In this document: piece after piece, positions 24,837 through 37,753 of the stretch
Numbering within the stretch: the stretch's first letter is position 1
How the letters are laid out: each line of letters starts with the position of its first letter
Origin: Rhizodiscina lignyota
Taxonomy: Eukaryota
NCBI GenBank assembly: GCA_010015805.1
Contig: ML978123.1
Coordinates: 682,001 to 746,000, forward strand
Length of the DNA stretch: 64,000 nucleotides
Direction: 5' to 3'
Notes under the pieces: model-generated
Databases searched by the model: none
What the model saw: only the letters and a program-made list of their open reading frames with translations
Told to the model about the DNA's origin: nothing
Program-made: the position numbers and the translations under genes

Positions 24837-27800
24837 ATGGACGACGCCCAGCCAAGCGCAGACGAGCCGCCAGGGCCGCCGAGGCGTGATCCCCAAAGTT
24901 CACCACCACTGCCGCTGCTACACTCCACCCCTCGACGACCCGAATCGCGCCAAAGCAGCTCTGGCGAGAGCGAAAGGTACTGGGACAGCCAGACAAGTGC
25001 TGCACTATCGCCGCCATTGTCTCCAGCGCAGCGCGTCGACCTTCGCGCATCTGATTTTGCTACGATCGCGTCCAGACGAGGACCGCTCTCCGACACTTCA
25101 TTCACCACCGCAACACAGCAACCCTACGGCAGCTCCCCGCCTGACATTGGTTTAATCTCTCCAACACCCTTACCAACACGTTTGCAGAGCGAAAGACAAC
25201 GCTGGCTCCTTTCACGCAGTACTCGCAACGCTCGAAGCGACACTTACCCACCCCCTTCAGCTCCTTCGCAACGCGACTCCAGCGAAGGCCCAGCGAGCGA
25301 ACCGGACTACACCTCATACAGAAAATCTCCCGCTTCCCGAAGTAGCAATGGTATAGAAAACTCTCGTGGTCCTCCACCGGCGCTGCTGAGCAGGAGATCG
25401 CAGCCCCGGGACTCAGCACGGAAGTCACCAACCTCGAAGATTGTTGCACAGCGTGGCCTTCAACCTCTGACACTGGTTGCACTGAGAGGAATACACAACA
25501 GGCAAGACAGCGACACTACCGTCAGGCCGAACACATCTCATTTATCTTCTGGTCTTAAGAGTCCGAGATCATTCTCTTCTCCTATGAATATGGATACGCT
25601 ACTTTCTCCCAAGACACTACCTCTCGGGCGTCGGATGGATGGACGACCGACTAGCTCAGGAAGAGCAATGGGCCGAACTGCAGTAGAAGAATACTTTGAG
25701 GCCAGTGCTCATACTAGTGGAGAGGATGAGTCTCCAGGCCAAGATCTTGGTGGATCTGGCACTGAAGGACAGTCAAGCGAAGACGTATTCTTGAATCTTG
25801 CGCAGGATAGCCCACACAGGAACCAGGGCACCACACAACTGGAAAGGAGACGAGTAAGTGCAATTGGCCCTCATAATTATATTATATGCGTTCTCCCTCT
25901 GCTGACACCAGAATTGTGCAGTCCGGCCGAAGCGCACGCCCTGGCCAACGGCAATCTCTTCCACTCTCCTCATCCGTCAGTCGCGCAGATTCTAGTGAAC
26001 AGGACTCAACATACGGCCCCCCCTCCGCTTACGGAAACACTCAACGCATCTATAGTCGCAGACCATCGCAAATCGCAACTTCTGGACTCGTTTCTTACCG
26101 TGACTCCTCTCCTATGTCCGCAGGTGGTCGCGTAGATTCAGCGAGTAGACTCGATGCTTATCGATCACGTTACTACACACAACGGGCGCCTCAGTCTATA
26201 CCGAATGGACCGAAATCCCCAGAACTTCCATCATATGGCCGACGACGGCCTTCCATAACAGAGGGCGTTCCTAGCCCTCAGAACCGCACCAACACCTACC
26301 GACCATCAAAATTAAATAATGCTTACGCCGATCTCGATTCCTCTTCAAACGTTGAAACTCCTCCCGAACATGGTCGCAAACGGGCACTTTCACGAGCACA
26401 AGCAAATGGCGACACCGAATCTATTGGATCCGGAAATGCTCCTTCTACAATGTGGGACGAGCTTGAAGATCTCAAATCACGCATACGGAGGATCGAATTT
26501 ACAGGGAAGGCTCCTTCAGCTGCAGGAGTAGGAGTGCAAAGCTCTACCAGTGGATCCAATGAACGCCCGAGAACTGCAACCACTACTGTCACAACGATGT
26601 CATCTTCTCCGAAAGTCAACAAACTAAATCGTAAAAGTGGTCCATCTCCACCAGCGACAACCGCTGCTGGGGATGCTTCAGTCGGTGGATCGGCTCTCTC
26701 AGGCATTCACCCACTGCTTCATGCCGCACTTGGAAGATGCAAGAGCGCCCTGAAACCGGAACTGTATCGCGTTCTCGAGGCTGCAGCGACGGACGCGTTA
26801 GAATTGGCGACAATGACGGGAAGTGCCGGACCACAAGGGACTACATACACAGCAGCCAGCATCATTAATGGTGCCACAGTCACGGACCGCCACGTTCGAC
26901 GCAAGGCCGACAACATGTGTCGTACACTCACGGAGCTCTGCATCGCGCTATGCGAGAGCCAAGCAGGACCCGCTAGTAGGCGAGGTACGGGCACGGACCC
27001 AGATAGCCCTGCGGTTACTCAAAGCATTGAGAACAGACCAGGAAGCAAGCACGGCCCGCAGCAGGTGGAAACTCCTACACAGGAAGATTCTCCGGCGCCT
27101 GCACCAGTTTCATACGCTCGCCATGCCGTGCGCAGTGGATCTCTGGAACCGGAGTCAGCGGCAGGAGGGTCAGAATTGCCACGGTCGAGTCCGAGCCGCG
27201 CGCTTAGCCGAATCGAGGCGCGGCGAAATAGCTTGAATGTCATGGGACTGACCAGCAACTCGAGTGCAAATAACAGCCCACGAGACATGAAAGCGCAACA
27301 AATCGACGAGGACGCTGCATTCGTGAATGGCGATACTCCACCTCAGCAACAGCGGGTCAGTGGGCTCCCCTCAAGATTCTCTCGTGCAGGGACTAGCCTT
27401 TTGCGGACTCGACGGAGAGCTGGCGAGGAAATGGACGATGATGACCCCACAATACGACCGCTATCGCGAGCCATGACGGACGTTGCTGCCGGCCAAAACC
27501 AGCTACGGATCCCGGGGGCAGGAAACAGGGACAAGCGTGTGCACCGTTTGAGCAGGGAGTACACGTCCAACGAACCGCTCCCGGAGCACGCTCCACTACC
27601 TGCTTCAGGACAGTTGAACGGTAACAGTCTAAGGCGTGTCACGGCCAGCAATCTCGCACAACAACAGGGTGTCCCTTTTAGAGATGCTGGGAGTGTTGCA
27701 GGAAGCGTTACAGGGAGCCTTACAGGAGAGAGGAGGAGGTATCTCCATAGCTCAGCGCCGCCCGTGGCGTATGATGGAGAGAGACAGCAGCGGGTGACGA

Positions 27801-27907
27801 GTTTGGGCCCGTCGTATCCACCAAGCCGGAGGAGCTCTGCTGGTTTATCCATGAATAGGAAGATCAGGGGACAGCAGGGCGTTGCTGTTGAAGGAGGAAT
27901 GGAATAA
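24837..27907 (+). CDS. ~1000-aa Ser/Arg/Pro-rich disordered protein with a short conserved helical core (possible Mto2/SPA18-like septal MTOC protein)
   Basis: Two long ORFs joined in frame by intron 25854-25921. Helical blocks STMWDELEDLKSRIRRIE and HPLLHAAL...RRKADNMCRTLTELCIALCE. Function is inferred. Confidence 0.8.
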
Positions 27908-28873
27908 AAATGGTGGCATGCATGAGTGGAAGCCATGGCCCTTTGAGGCGTACTGGTGGCGTTTTGAGCTGTAGCGGCTCGACCACTTTCATGAGTTTCT
28001 TTGCGTCCAAAAGTCCTCGCCGCCTATCAAAGGCTCGACGAGGCATGACAACATGGTTTGTTTGGCTCAGGGGATGGGTCCTTCACAGCGCTTGCGGTAA
28101 TCGAAAGGTTTTCTTTAATATACCAATAACGAGCTAACGGCATTAAAGTCAAGTGTATCATGTAATGTTCGCATAGTTTCATCACAGATATTGCAGCGTT
28201 CAATGGTCGGTCTTGGACTACGTCGGCATAGCAAGCTTTTCTTTTACAATATGTAAATACTGGTACGGAGAATTATGGAAATGCCTTCACTACGAATCAC
28301 TCCTCACAGCCCTTTTTCTCATAGCGAGACGGTGCGCACTCTCAGTGATGTATGCGTTGAAGTCTATGCTCCATCTCGGAACATTCTAGCCACGCGGGCC
28401 GCCAGATGCATCATGATGCACTAAGGCACGTTCTTCGCCCGCAAGAAACCCTTTCGACCACTCACAGCACTCTCTTCCCCAGGCTCGCACGTCTCCCGCA
28501 AAGACGTGCGGCGCACATTGGGCGCATGCCTGTCGCCGATCCGAGATGCAAGCAGCACTATCCTTGCTCCATCGAGCTGGTGACGTAGTCGGCTGGTGTC
28601 GAGCGATTACTGGGGGTTCAGGTTTCCAGAATTTTGTAACGAGCCACAGGATAGGCGCAAACAACCACGCGGGAGCCTTGGTCTCAGATAATCTAACGTG
28701 AGTGGGTGTGGAGACCCTGATATGGGTGTGACGTGGGTATGCTATATATTCTCCATTTTTCCAGGTAGCCTTCCCATTTCGCGTGCTCCATATTTTAACT
28801 TGCAGATTCATTTAATTTATTCTCAACTTCCATATTCAAGCATCACATCCTCTCTACAAGTCTCTTAGCGAAT

Positions 28874-29526
28874 ATGTCCGCCGAAGAAGGAAAGCAAGCA
28901 TACGCCGACTGGGCCAAGAAGGCAGGCAAGAACCCAGAGGAGAAGGAGACGTGGACGCAATGGATCAAGTCCGGCTACGCTGCGCAGTACGAGAATTGGA
29001 TGCCGTGGATCGAGGACCAGTATCTGAAGTGGTTCTCGAAGGATAACAAGGCGAGCTACGCCGCAAAAGGTGAATTCCGGAATTATCTTCCACTTCTATT
29101 ATCACTACACGGATAAGGCCCGCTAACAGGAGGCTTTTGCATCTAGATAACCTTGACAAGACTAAAGTCACCAACATCGAACAAGTCGACAAGCTCCAAG
29201 GCGACGTGAATAACCTCGCGGCAGGGCAAGTTGGCAAAGGCGGCTTATTGCAGCCTGTCGGCGACCTCGTCTCGAGGGAGGGCGTGAACCGCGCTGAGCG
29301 TGGCGGCAAGGACGACAAAGGCAACATCGGGCCCGGTGGTTCGAGCGGAGCCGCTAATCCGGTAGTCAGCAACGCAAAGGCTGCTGGGGAGGGTGTCGCG
29401 GATGGTGCGAAGAGCGGTGGAGCTGGCGTCTGGAACGGTGCTAAGAGCGCGGGTGGGTATGTTGGTAGCTTTACGAAGGGCTGGGGTGGGAAGAAGGAGC
29501 AAGCGCCAACGGAGCAGAAGGAGTAG
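28874..29526 (+). CDS. Small hydrophilic Gly/Lys-rich fungal protein of unknown function (hydrophilin-like)
   Basis: Two exons joined by intron 29070-29146; WMPWIEDQYLKWF...DNKASY and LLQPVGDLVSREGVNRAER; TATATA upstream at ~28743. Confidence 0.85.
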
Positions 29527-30190
29527 ATTTTGATGATAACTCAGGCTGGGATGAGATGAGATGGGTCAATGACTGGCGCAGGTTGGATGGAATATGTTGG
29601 CTACGACATTGGATTAGATTGGGCAGTTTCTGTGCGACCTGTTGGTCAATTTACGGCTGTATGAATGATACCAGATAGTCTCTTTAAGTTCAGTTATTCT
29701 TTGAGTCATGGATCGCTATCTTTTAGGCTTCGTTTTACGCCCGGCCTTTCCAGATGAGAAGTTCCACTTGAATAGATTCTCATGCGTGTGACGTCACTAG
29801 AGACGCGCTCCGGCGCGTCGCGTCCACGATTGGATATCTTGGTTGATTGTCCCACACGCTGAGAAGCATAAAAGCAAGAAAGTAAAGGGAAAAGAACAAT
29901 AACTTTTTTATTTATTTTACATATATGTGTTAATGGGAATGCGGATGTGAATGTGAATGTGTTATGGCATCCCTCTCCCCCAGCGGCAAATCAACCAACC
30001 GCTTTAAGGTTCAGGGGCCATTCGCGGCTCAACGAGTAGTTGAGTTCTTTTACATACCATTCTCTTTCCATTACTACCCGAGTTCAGAGAGGGAGGACTG
30101 AGCATTCATGTCCCGTGAAAAGTCTTTCATCGTCATGCAGTAACTCCATCTCGATTGCGATCTAGTACTTTAATACGTATGAGAAACCAC

Positions 30191-31765
30191 TCAGGCACCA
30201 CCGCCGCCCAATGCCGCAGTTGTAAGCTGCTCCGTAAGATTCGCAACGTTCTCCTGCAATTCCGGATCCTCAAAGTCCTCCTTTCGCCAAAACGAGAGCT
30301 TCCCCAGCTTTGTGTCTCTCGCCTGTGCTTCCGCGTGGATAAACTCTACCTTGTTTTTATTCCGTTCGACTCGAAGAACATCCTCCCATTGCATGTCCTT
30401 CATGACCTGCACGGTAGCAAGTACCATAGCATCGTCCAACCCCCTCTCGCGAATCGTGATCGCCTCCCCCGGCTCATCCTTGTGGCCGTCCCAGAGCGCA
30501 TCATCCGCAACAAGCTGCAATGCACCATTTCTGTGAACGCGGAAGAGGGCGTAGCGCACGAAATCTGCGCGCCAGCCGTACAGCATACTGATTGGCCGGT
30601 CGGTCCTCCACTCATATATAGTCCCATCGGGCGCCGTGAACTCCATTTTATCGTATCCACCGCGCTCACTCGGATCGCCATGCTCGAATTTAAATGACAC
30701 CTCGCGGCCTCCCGGACCTTCCAGTTCAACGTTCTTCTTCCCTCCATTTAATTCGACTTTTCTCTTGAAGCACCACAGTGGCCTGTCACAGTCTGAATCT
30801 TTTATGGCGTCGTACAGCTTCCAATGATACTTGGCATCGCGGAAGTGCCCGCCATGGCTGGACATCTTCATGCCGAACAGCATGCTCCCGCACTTCTTCC
30901 GTTCCTTCTTAGACAGCTGCTTCCGCTCGCGCCACGGGATTGAGTGGAACTCTAAACCGTTCATGTCCGCGAGCCAATTGCCGACTTCCGTACCTGAGGA
31001 GGTCATACTGAGGTAGAAGACTCGCACCGGTGGAGGGAGGGGCTGCCATTCTGGGATAATCGGGATGCAGTTGTTTCGGGAGAAGTACATGGCAACTTCC
31101 TCCGGCTCTAGTGGAGGCGGGCGGCCGTACGAATGATTGTGCGAGTGGTGCGAGTGAGAAAATAGTGATCGGTCGTCCTGCGATTGCTGCTGCCAATCCT
31201 GGCCACTTGAAGAGGAAGATGGTACCGGAACTGGGAAAGGGACATTGCCGGATGAAAAGCTGTTATGATGGCTATGTGAATATGGTACTCGAGCTGCAGG
31301 GTTGCTGTAGCCAGGTGGGCCAGGTGGAGGCGGTGGCAAGTTATTGTTTTGCTGGTAGGGCGACGGCGCTCGGTATGGAGCTGGTGAGGGCTGCGGGTAT
31401 GGGTTTGGAGAAGGCGCACGGTAAGGGTCTGACGGCTGCTGCGGTGGCGGCGCTGGATACTGGCTGTGTGGTCGGTATCCAGGATCTGGTGGAAATAGGA
31501 CGTTCTGGCTGTTCTGCTGCGGATATGGTGTTTGTTGAGATTGAGGGTACTGTTGGCCGTAGTTTTGTGCTGGTGGCCCGTAACTCGGCGGAGGAGGCGG
31601 AGAAGCATATGAAGCTGGCTGCGGTGGATAGGCATTATTCGAGTATTGCTGGCCGTACTGATTACCAGGTGGACCGTAATTGGGCTGGTAGTTGTTCGGC
31701 TGGTTGTTCCATCCCGAATTCCATGCAGAAGGATCATAAGGTTGAGATGGATATGGTCCAGACAT
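30191..31765 (-). CDS. Hypothetical 524-aa protein: Pro/Gln/Tyr-rich N-half plus globular beta-rich C-domain (tubby/scramblase-like by inference)
   Basis: Single long ORF. Low-complexity PYPQ repeats, then FTAPDGTIYEW...LQLVAD...ITIRERGLDDAMVLATVQVM. Confidence 0.85.
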   Translation of the reverse strand: MSGPYPSQPYDPSAWNSGWNNQPNNYQPNYGPPGNQYGQQYSNNAYPPQPASYASPPPPPSYGPPAQNYGQQYPQSQQTPYPQQNSQNVLFPPDPGYRPHSQYPAPPPQQPSDPYRAPSPNPYPQPSPAPYRAPSPYQQNNNLPPPPPGPPGYSNPAARVPYSHSHHNSFSSGNVPFPVPVPSSSSSGQDWQQQSQDDRSLFSHSHHSHNHSYGRPPPLEPEEVAMYFSRNNCIPIIPEWQPLPPPVRVFYLSMTSSGTEVGNWLADMNGLEFHSIPWRERKQLSKKERKKCGSMLFGMKMSSHGGHFRDAKYHWKLYDAIKDSDCDRPLWCFKRKVELNGGKKNVELEGPGGREVSFKFEHGDPSERGGYDKMEFTAPDGTIYEWRTDRPISMLYGWRADFVRYALFRVHRNGALQLVADDALWDGHKDEPGEAITIRERGLDDAMVLATVQVMKDMQWEDVLRVERNKNKVEFIHAEAQARDTKLGKLSFWRKEDFEDPELQENVANLTEQLTTAALGGGGA

Positions 31766-33086
31766 CTTGACGAAGCTCTACAAGCAGTACGAGTGGAAAA
31801 GACTATGGAATCGTAAACTTACGTCGCGAGGAGTGAAGAGCGAAATAGAAAGAACTTTAAAAGCACGGAAGAGCAGACGAGACGGTGAACAGCGGCGGCT
31901 ACGCGACGAGCCGAGCTTCAGCTGGATATAACCTAACTATGCAAAGATCACCCTTGAAACGCGTAAGGTACTATTTAAATTCTAGGAGAGCCCACCGTCA
32001 GGTCCGAAATGAGCCTCAAGCTCGGGAGGCTTGGGGGGATTTTCGCGAAGCTGTTCTCTATGCGGAAACATGATAGAGCCGCCTCGCGCGAGAAACCGTC
32101 TCTGGCCCCAAGGGCTGAGGAGGCGCATGTGTCAGCAAGTTCGCAACCTTCGCGTTACTAAGCGCTGTGAGCTTTGCGAAATAAAAAGTTAGGCGGTGAT
32201 ATCAAACTGGCCAATAGCTTGTGTGGCGTCGCGGTTGTCTGTGGTCATGATAGGCGCGGGTTCCGCCAAAGAGCTTAAAAGAGAGAGAACAAAGCAAACG
32301 ATCTGCATTCCTCCTTCCTGCATAGAACAAAACCATTTTCGTCTTTAGACCAGGAAGAAAACTCGAATCACAAAAGATCTTGAATGACTTGAGAGGCTTG
32401 TACAGTCTTGTGACTGTTGTTTCAGTCTTGTTCTCCTGCAGCTTGACAGACAGATGCGAAAGTGCACCCGCTCCTAATACGAGGATGGTGGCGTCCCGGA
32501 AATTACCGTGTTGGTTGCTTAACCTACTCAAGTTTAGGTGCAACGTACCCGAAACTTAGGTGCTTCGTTGGTGGTCTGTCAAAGGGGCCACTCTTTTCGC
32601 TACTCCAGGAGCATGATAAGGAATAATATCCATGTAAACAAGAAAAATTCAAGAAGCGAAAGTTCGTAGGTAACTCCTTTGAAAGTGCTTGAAGTGAATG
32701 AAAGCTAGTTTTAAACGAGTGTCAAATTCAATCTTCCCAATCGTCCTTGCAGCATCATTATCATCCTGCCTCTCCCTGCAGCATTCTCAATCAAATCCAT
32801 TCATGAAAACAATCTGCCATTTGCTCATCCTCCCCACTACTGCATCATATTCTTCGCCACCAACAGTATCTAAAATACTGTGCCTCTCCTCACGCTCTTG
32901 CGCCCGCATTCCACTCCTTGGGGGTCCTCGCCCATCCAATCTGACCTGCTTTCGCAGGCACGCTCTTCCTGCCTTGCCGACTAGCCCTTGAGGCTCGAAA
33001 TCTCCCTTGCTCACTACATACGATGCGTATGGTAGGTCAATGCGACGCGCGTGTGGATAAAATATATGTGGTGGACGGGGAAGTGA

Positions 33087-36000
33087 TCAAGTCCTGCAAA
33101 TTAAGACCCATTTCAAAGGGTCCTCCGTCAGCCAGCTGTTCCTCTGCCTTTACAGCGTCTGCCAAATTGAGATTTCTGAGAAGAAGAAGAAAGGGTTGGA
33201 AAATCCTCATCGTAAGAAACTGCAGGTCCAGAAGAGGCATGACCATTGGCCGACGGCCGCGATGATCCAAAGCCAGAACTGCTGCTTCCTCGAGAAGAAG
33301 TGGAACGAGAACGGCTACCATACCAGTCCACATCGCTGAGTTGCAATTTCCTCGCACGCTGATTGCTGCGGTTATTCCCCGCCTTGTCGATGCGGTTGGT
33401 GCTGGTGGCACCATATGGGCTCTTGTCGAGCGATACTGCAGTATCCGTCTTAGCGAATGGTTCTCTAACATGTTGAGTCAAGGAAATAGAAGGAATTGCT
33501 GCAGCTGGCTGGGCGTTTGTATTGCCTCCCCCGACAATGCGCCCAGGGCTGTTGTTAGTCCTTTCCTGATCTGGGATTGGCTGAAGAACGGAAGTATTGG
33601 GACTTCTGTTGACTCCGCCGTCATGTTGATGATTTGGGTTAGGGATAAGAGGAAAGTTGGAATCACCGTCGGGATCGTTCTCGTCCCGCAAGTCTAGATT
33701 GAGAACGAGGCTCTTAATGCGCTGCTGTTCTGCACGCTCCGCTTGCTGTTGCGTGCGCATTGCAACAGCAAAAGTTGAGTCGGAAGGAAGATCGATCGAT
33801 CGAGTCTAAGTGTTCCATTAAACGTAGATTCGAGAAGAGAGTAGTGATTTTAAGACTTACCTGCTGCCTATTGCCTTTCTTGCTTAAGAGCGAGAATTTC
33901 ATCGTACTGGGCGGCTTAACTTCCGCAGGCGACTCGCCGCCACTGTCCTCGGCACTGGCAGGGAGGAACGGTGCATCGCGCTGAGCCCGCCGCATTGGCA
34001 ACGGCACGTCGAATACCGGCTTACGTTCGGATTTGCGGGTTTCAAGGCTCTCAGTCATCATCTTCGCAAGCTCTCGATCAAACTCTGCGTCGACTTCTGG
34101 GTCACGCTCGTCTTCCTGTCGAGTGACAATAATCTGTTCCTCCTCTTCCTCTTCTGCATCTTTAGGCTCGATGGGCTCTGGCTCATCTTCAGCAGTACCA
34201 TCAGCATCTTCTTCAGAGGACGCCGCCTCCTCTTCGTCCCGTGCTGCCAACTCTTCATCATCCGGGCCGTCATCGGATGGTGAGTCTTCTTCCTCTTCTT
34301 GCTCGCCTGCCTTTTCCGCTAACTGGGTCTGGTAGTTCTGCTTGACTGCATCCGCGAAAGCCTTTCCAGCATCTTCAAGAGTAGTGGCAAGCTTCCACTG
34401 CGGGCGAGTTGCAGCAAACGCGTCTTGAACAACGAATTCGATGTCCATCGGCAAAGGATCTTTGGTCTGGATGTAATACTGAAAGAACGTGAGGAAGAAG
34501 TCGAGCTTCTTCTTTGCCGTGCCCTTGTCGTAGTAAACGCCACATGTCTCAAGTAGATTGCAGACCAAACGAATGCGGAAATAGTCGTCTGGGAGATCTA
34601 GTGGATTGGTAGAACTTGGCTTGGGAATGCCACCCTCGTGGCCGTATGTCAAAATCTTGTAGAGCGTATCGAATATGACGGGTGAGTCAATCATGCGGTA
34701 AATGTAGAGCTCGGCCAAATATTTGACCTCCGCGATGCGACGCTGGTTGAATTTGAAGTCGTTAAGCTCCAGCCCTAGAGTGATCGACTCCAGTATATCG
34801 TCAATAACAGATATCGTGAACGCTTGATGATATCTGTTGAGAGAGCCCAGTATAACTGCTAGGAGGTGGATGTTGCCGTATTTGATCTTGCCAGGTTTAG
34901 AAAAGAACTTTCCGAGCAAGTCGACAACCTCCTTCTCCTCCCAATGCAATTTGCGGATTTGCTTGACAATCCTGTCGAGATTGCGCTTGTTCAAATCGAC
35001 ATAGATTAGCTTTCTTAGGAAAAGGTCGAGCGGTGTCCTGTCCTTCTGTAGAATAGCAGAACGTTCAGGAGGATTGACATAATACAGTGCATTCTCGATT
35101 AGCATGCGCTCTTGCTGTCCCAGATGTTGAGCTCCTTTCTTTCGTTGCAAAGTCTCCAAGAACGAAAACATGCGAGGGGAAGTTTCAGGATTGCGAAGGA
35201 GATAACGACCGCAGTTCTCAAGCAAGTTGCAAATGATTTCAATATTCATGCGCGAGAAATCATCCAAGCTGACTTTCAGGCAGTGGAAGATCACATGCTC
35301 AGGAACCGTGCCGAACTTCGTCAGCTCAGCCAGGTATCGCACGTTGGAAGTACGGACTTGGCCGAGAAAGTCTTTCGATTTGCGACGCTGGAGGCTACGG
35401 AACTCGTCATCAAGATAGGTGACCAGACCTTGTGCGACGTCTGGCATGTATTTTCCCAGGATGGCGACCAGCCTTGAGTAGAGTGGTAGTAGATCTGATC
35501 TTCCTTTTGGGACTTCTTGCACAGCCTTGATGAGACGATTCCGCGACGCTTTGGAATTGAGAAAACAAAAATCCATCGCGGTCTGATCGACCATGTCCTT
35601 ATTGGTCAGCTCTGGTAGACGTGCAAGCAGCGCATCTACCTGCGCGCCAACAGACTTGTTCGCAATGGCGGTAGACTGATCATCCAAGTCTGGCGTTTTG
35701 GCATCGACAGGTGTGTTGTCTGCGGAAGGTGTTTCAGAAGGCACGTCGGCCTTCTTTCCAACGGTATCCTCGCCATCGGTCTTCTTTTTCTTGCCATCTT
35801 CGAGCAGGATACCAGGCACACGATCCTTGAGGTCGATCAGGTTCTCATAGAAGCGACGCTCTTCCTCATCTTCCCAGATACCCGGTCCGTCACCTTGGCC
35901 ACGCAAATATTCTCCTGTTTTGACGAGGCCAATGCTGCCATCACCAGCCGACGCAGAATTGTCCTTCTCTTTCAAGTCTGGCATCTCTGCGCCAAGGGCG

Positions 36001-37076
36001 TCTGCAAGAACTTGTGCATTTGCAATCAACTTCTCTTGTGCCTTCGCCTGCTTCTCATAGTTGGCTTGGCGGTCTTCGAAGACTTCTCCGGATTTGACAT
36101 AGGCTTCTGCATTTCGACGGCTCTGTGCTGCGAGCGTCTTTTGATCCTTCGTGATGTGTTGCTTGACATCGTCAAAGTACCTTGTGAGAACATTCTTGAA
36201 TCGTTGGCGCATTTCAGCAGGGATGGCCGGAGGGTCCTTCGCAGACCCTTCATCTTCTTCGGTGGCGGAAGTCTCATCTGCCTTTGACGCAGAAGTGACC
36301 GTGACGCCGTCTTCGAGCACAGTCTTACGGCCTTCCGTGGAACTGAGTTTCACGCCCAGAATATCCCACGAGAACGACTTCACGAATAGGACGACCAATG
36401 GCAAGTTGACATGTTCGCGGTCGTGCCCTAGCATGTCCTTCAAGACTTCGAGGGGAAATGGTTCCGCATCATGGCCGTCAGCCTTGACACCATTTACACC
36501 CTTACCTTTGCCAGCAGGCTCCCCTACTTTGATGTTTTCCTTCCCCTTCGACACTTCTTCTGGACGTGTTGCGTCCTCAAGGCTTCTCAGCACACCAACG
36601 AGCCACAGCTCAGTGGCGACACGTAACAAGACGCGCTGCCTCGCAAGCCTCTCCTTCTCTTCGCGCTCGCGTACATCCTGCGCTAAGGCTTTCAATTGTG
36701 CCTTGTCGGGTGTACTCAGGCCTCTGCCAATATGCCATCCAATATACCCCGTATATTCTGTAGGTCCGAATCGCTGATGCAATGCGCTCACAATCTCTAC
36801 ACCAGCCGCAATTTCCCCCGGAGTCTTGAGCTTGCAGATGCCCTCGTAACAGGCGGAGATGATTTCGGAAAGGTATTTGTGAAGCGAGACAGTGCGGACC
36901 TCCTGCAAAAACGTATCGACAGCCTGCGCCGTGATTCCGGTGCGCAATCGTTTGATAAATCCAGTATTTTTCTTCATCGACGAATCGAGGCTTTTCGCTA
37001 CGGGAAAGACATTCTCATCGCCGGCCCAAGCCCTCGTATTGAGCTCCCTCAGCTCTCGTTTCCTCTTACGCTCCAT
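33087..37076 (-). CDS. UPF2: Nonsense-mediated decay factor Upf2/Nmd2 (3 MIF4G domains, acidic region, Upf1-binding tail)
   Basis: LDSSMKKNTGFIKRLR, IWEDEEERRFYENL, LDLPDDYFRIRLVCNLLETCG and KFSLLSKKGNRQQ|TRSIDLPSDS. Predicted introns ~33809-33861, 33436-33666 and 33094-33323; ends ARKLQLSDVDWT*. Confidence 0.95.
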
Positions 37077-37753
37077 CTTGGAGCTGATCTATTGTGTTTC
37101 CTGGCCTCGCGCTGGTCGCGGCGAAGATAGGGAAAAGTGGGAAAAGGTGGGTTAACGTTCACGGGTCCGGCATTGGTGATAGATTTGTCTGAGCTCCTGG
37201 AATAGCAGGGGAGCTCATTGGGCCAGGCGGAGCCGAAGCGATGCGAGATTCGAGGTCAATTTGGGGTCGTGGTTGATGCCTTTTGTGCGCCGCTATGCGA
37301 TGTTGCGTGATGTAAAGTGTGTGTGGTTGGAAAGGCAAGCTACGAGGGGTGCGTTAAACGTCGCTTAACTCCGGGCTTGGCGCGCGCACTTGACTGCCCC
37401 ACCATGCGGGTACTCGGCACCAACATCTGGGTGCTCTGGTACCGGTGAGCACGGGTTGCCGCGTACCGGTCTTCGGGGCCGACAAAACATTGACCTTGAG
37501 CAAGGCAGTGATTATAATGTCAGGGCTACGGGAATAAGCTAAGCTTATTGCAAACAATTTTGAACATTATTCCAATTTGGAGACGACGCTGATGAAGCTT
37601 CTGCCGCAATTCAACGGATAGATGAACACGAGGCCAAGCAAGATAAAATGCTCCTTGAGCTTGGTGAAATCATGGGCTAAGAATTCAAGAGTTTTAGCTA
37701 TGGGTCTCTACATTTCAGGTACGGGCATGTTCTAACTGGCCGGCACTAGCAGT

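Noticed and set aside
29789..29825. Helitron 3' end (GC hairpin next to CTAG on the minus strand)
   Set aside because: Hairpin-to-CTAG spacing is 1 nt rather than ~10, and there is no other Helitron evidence.
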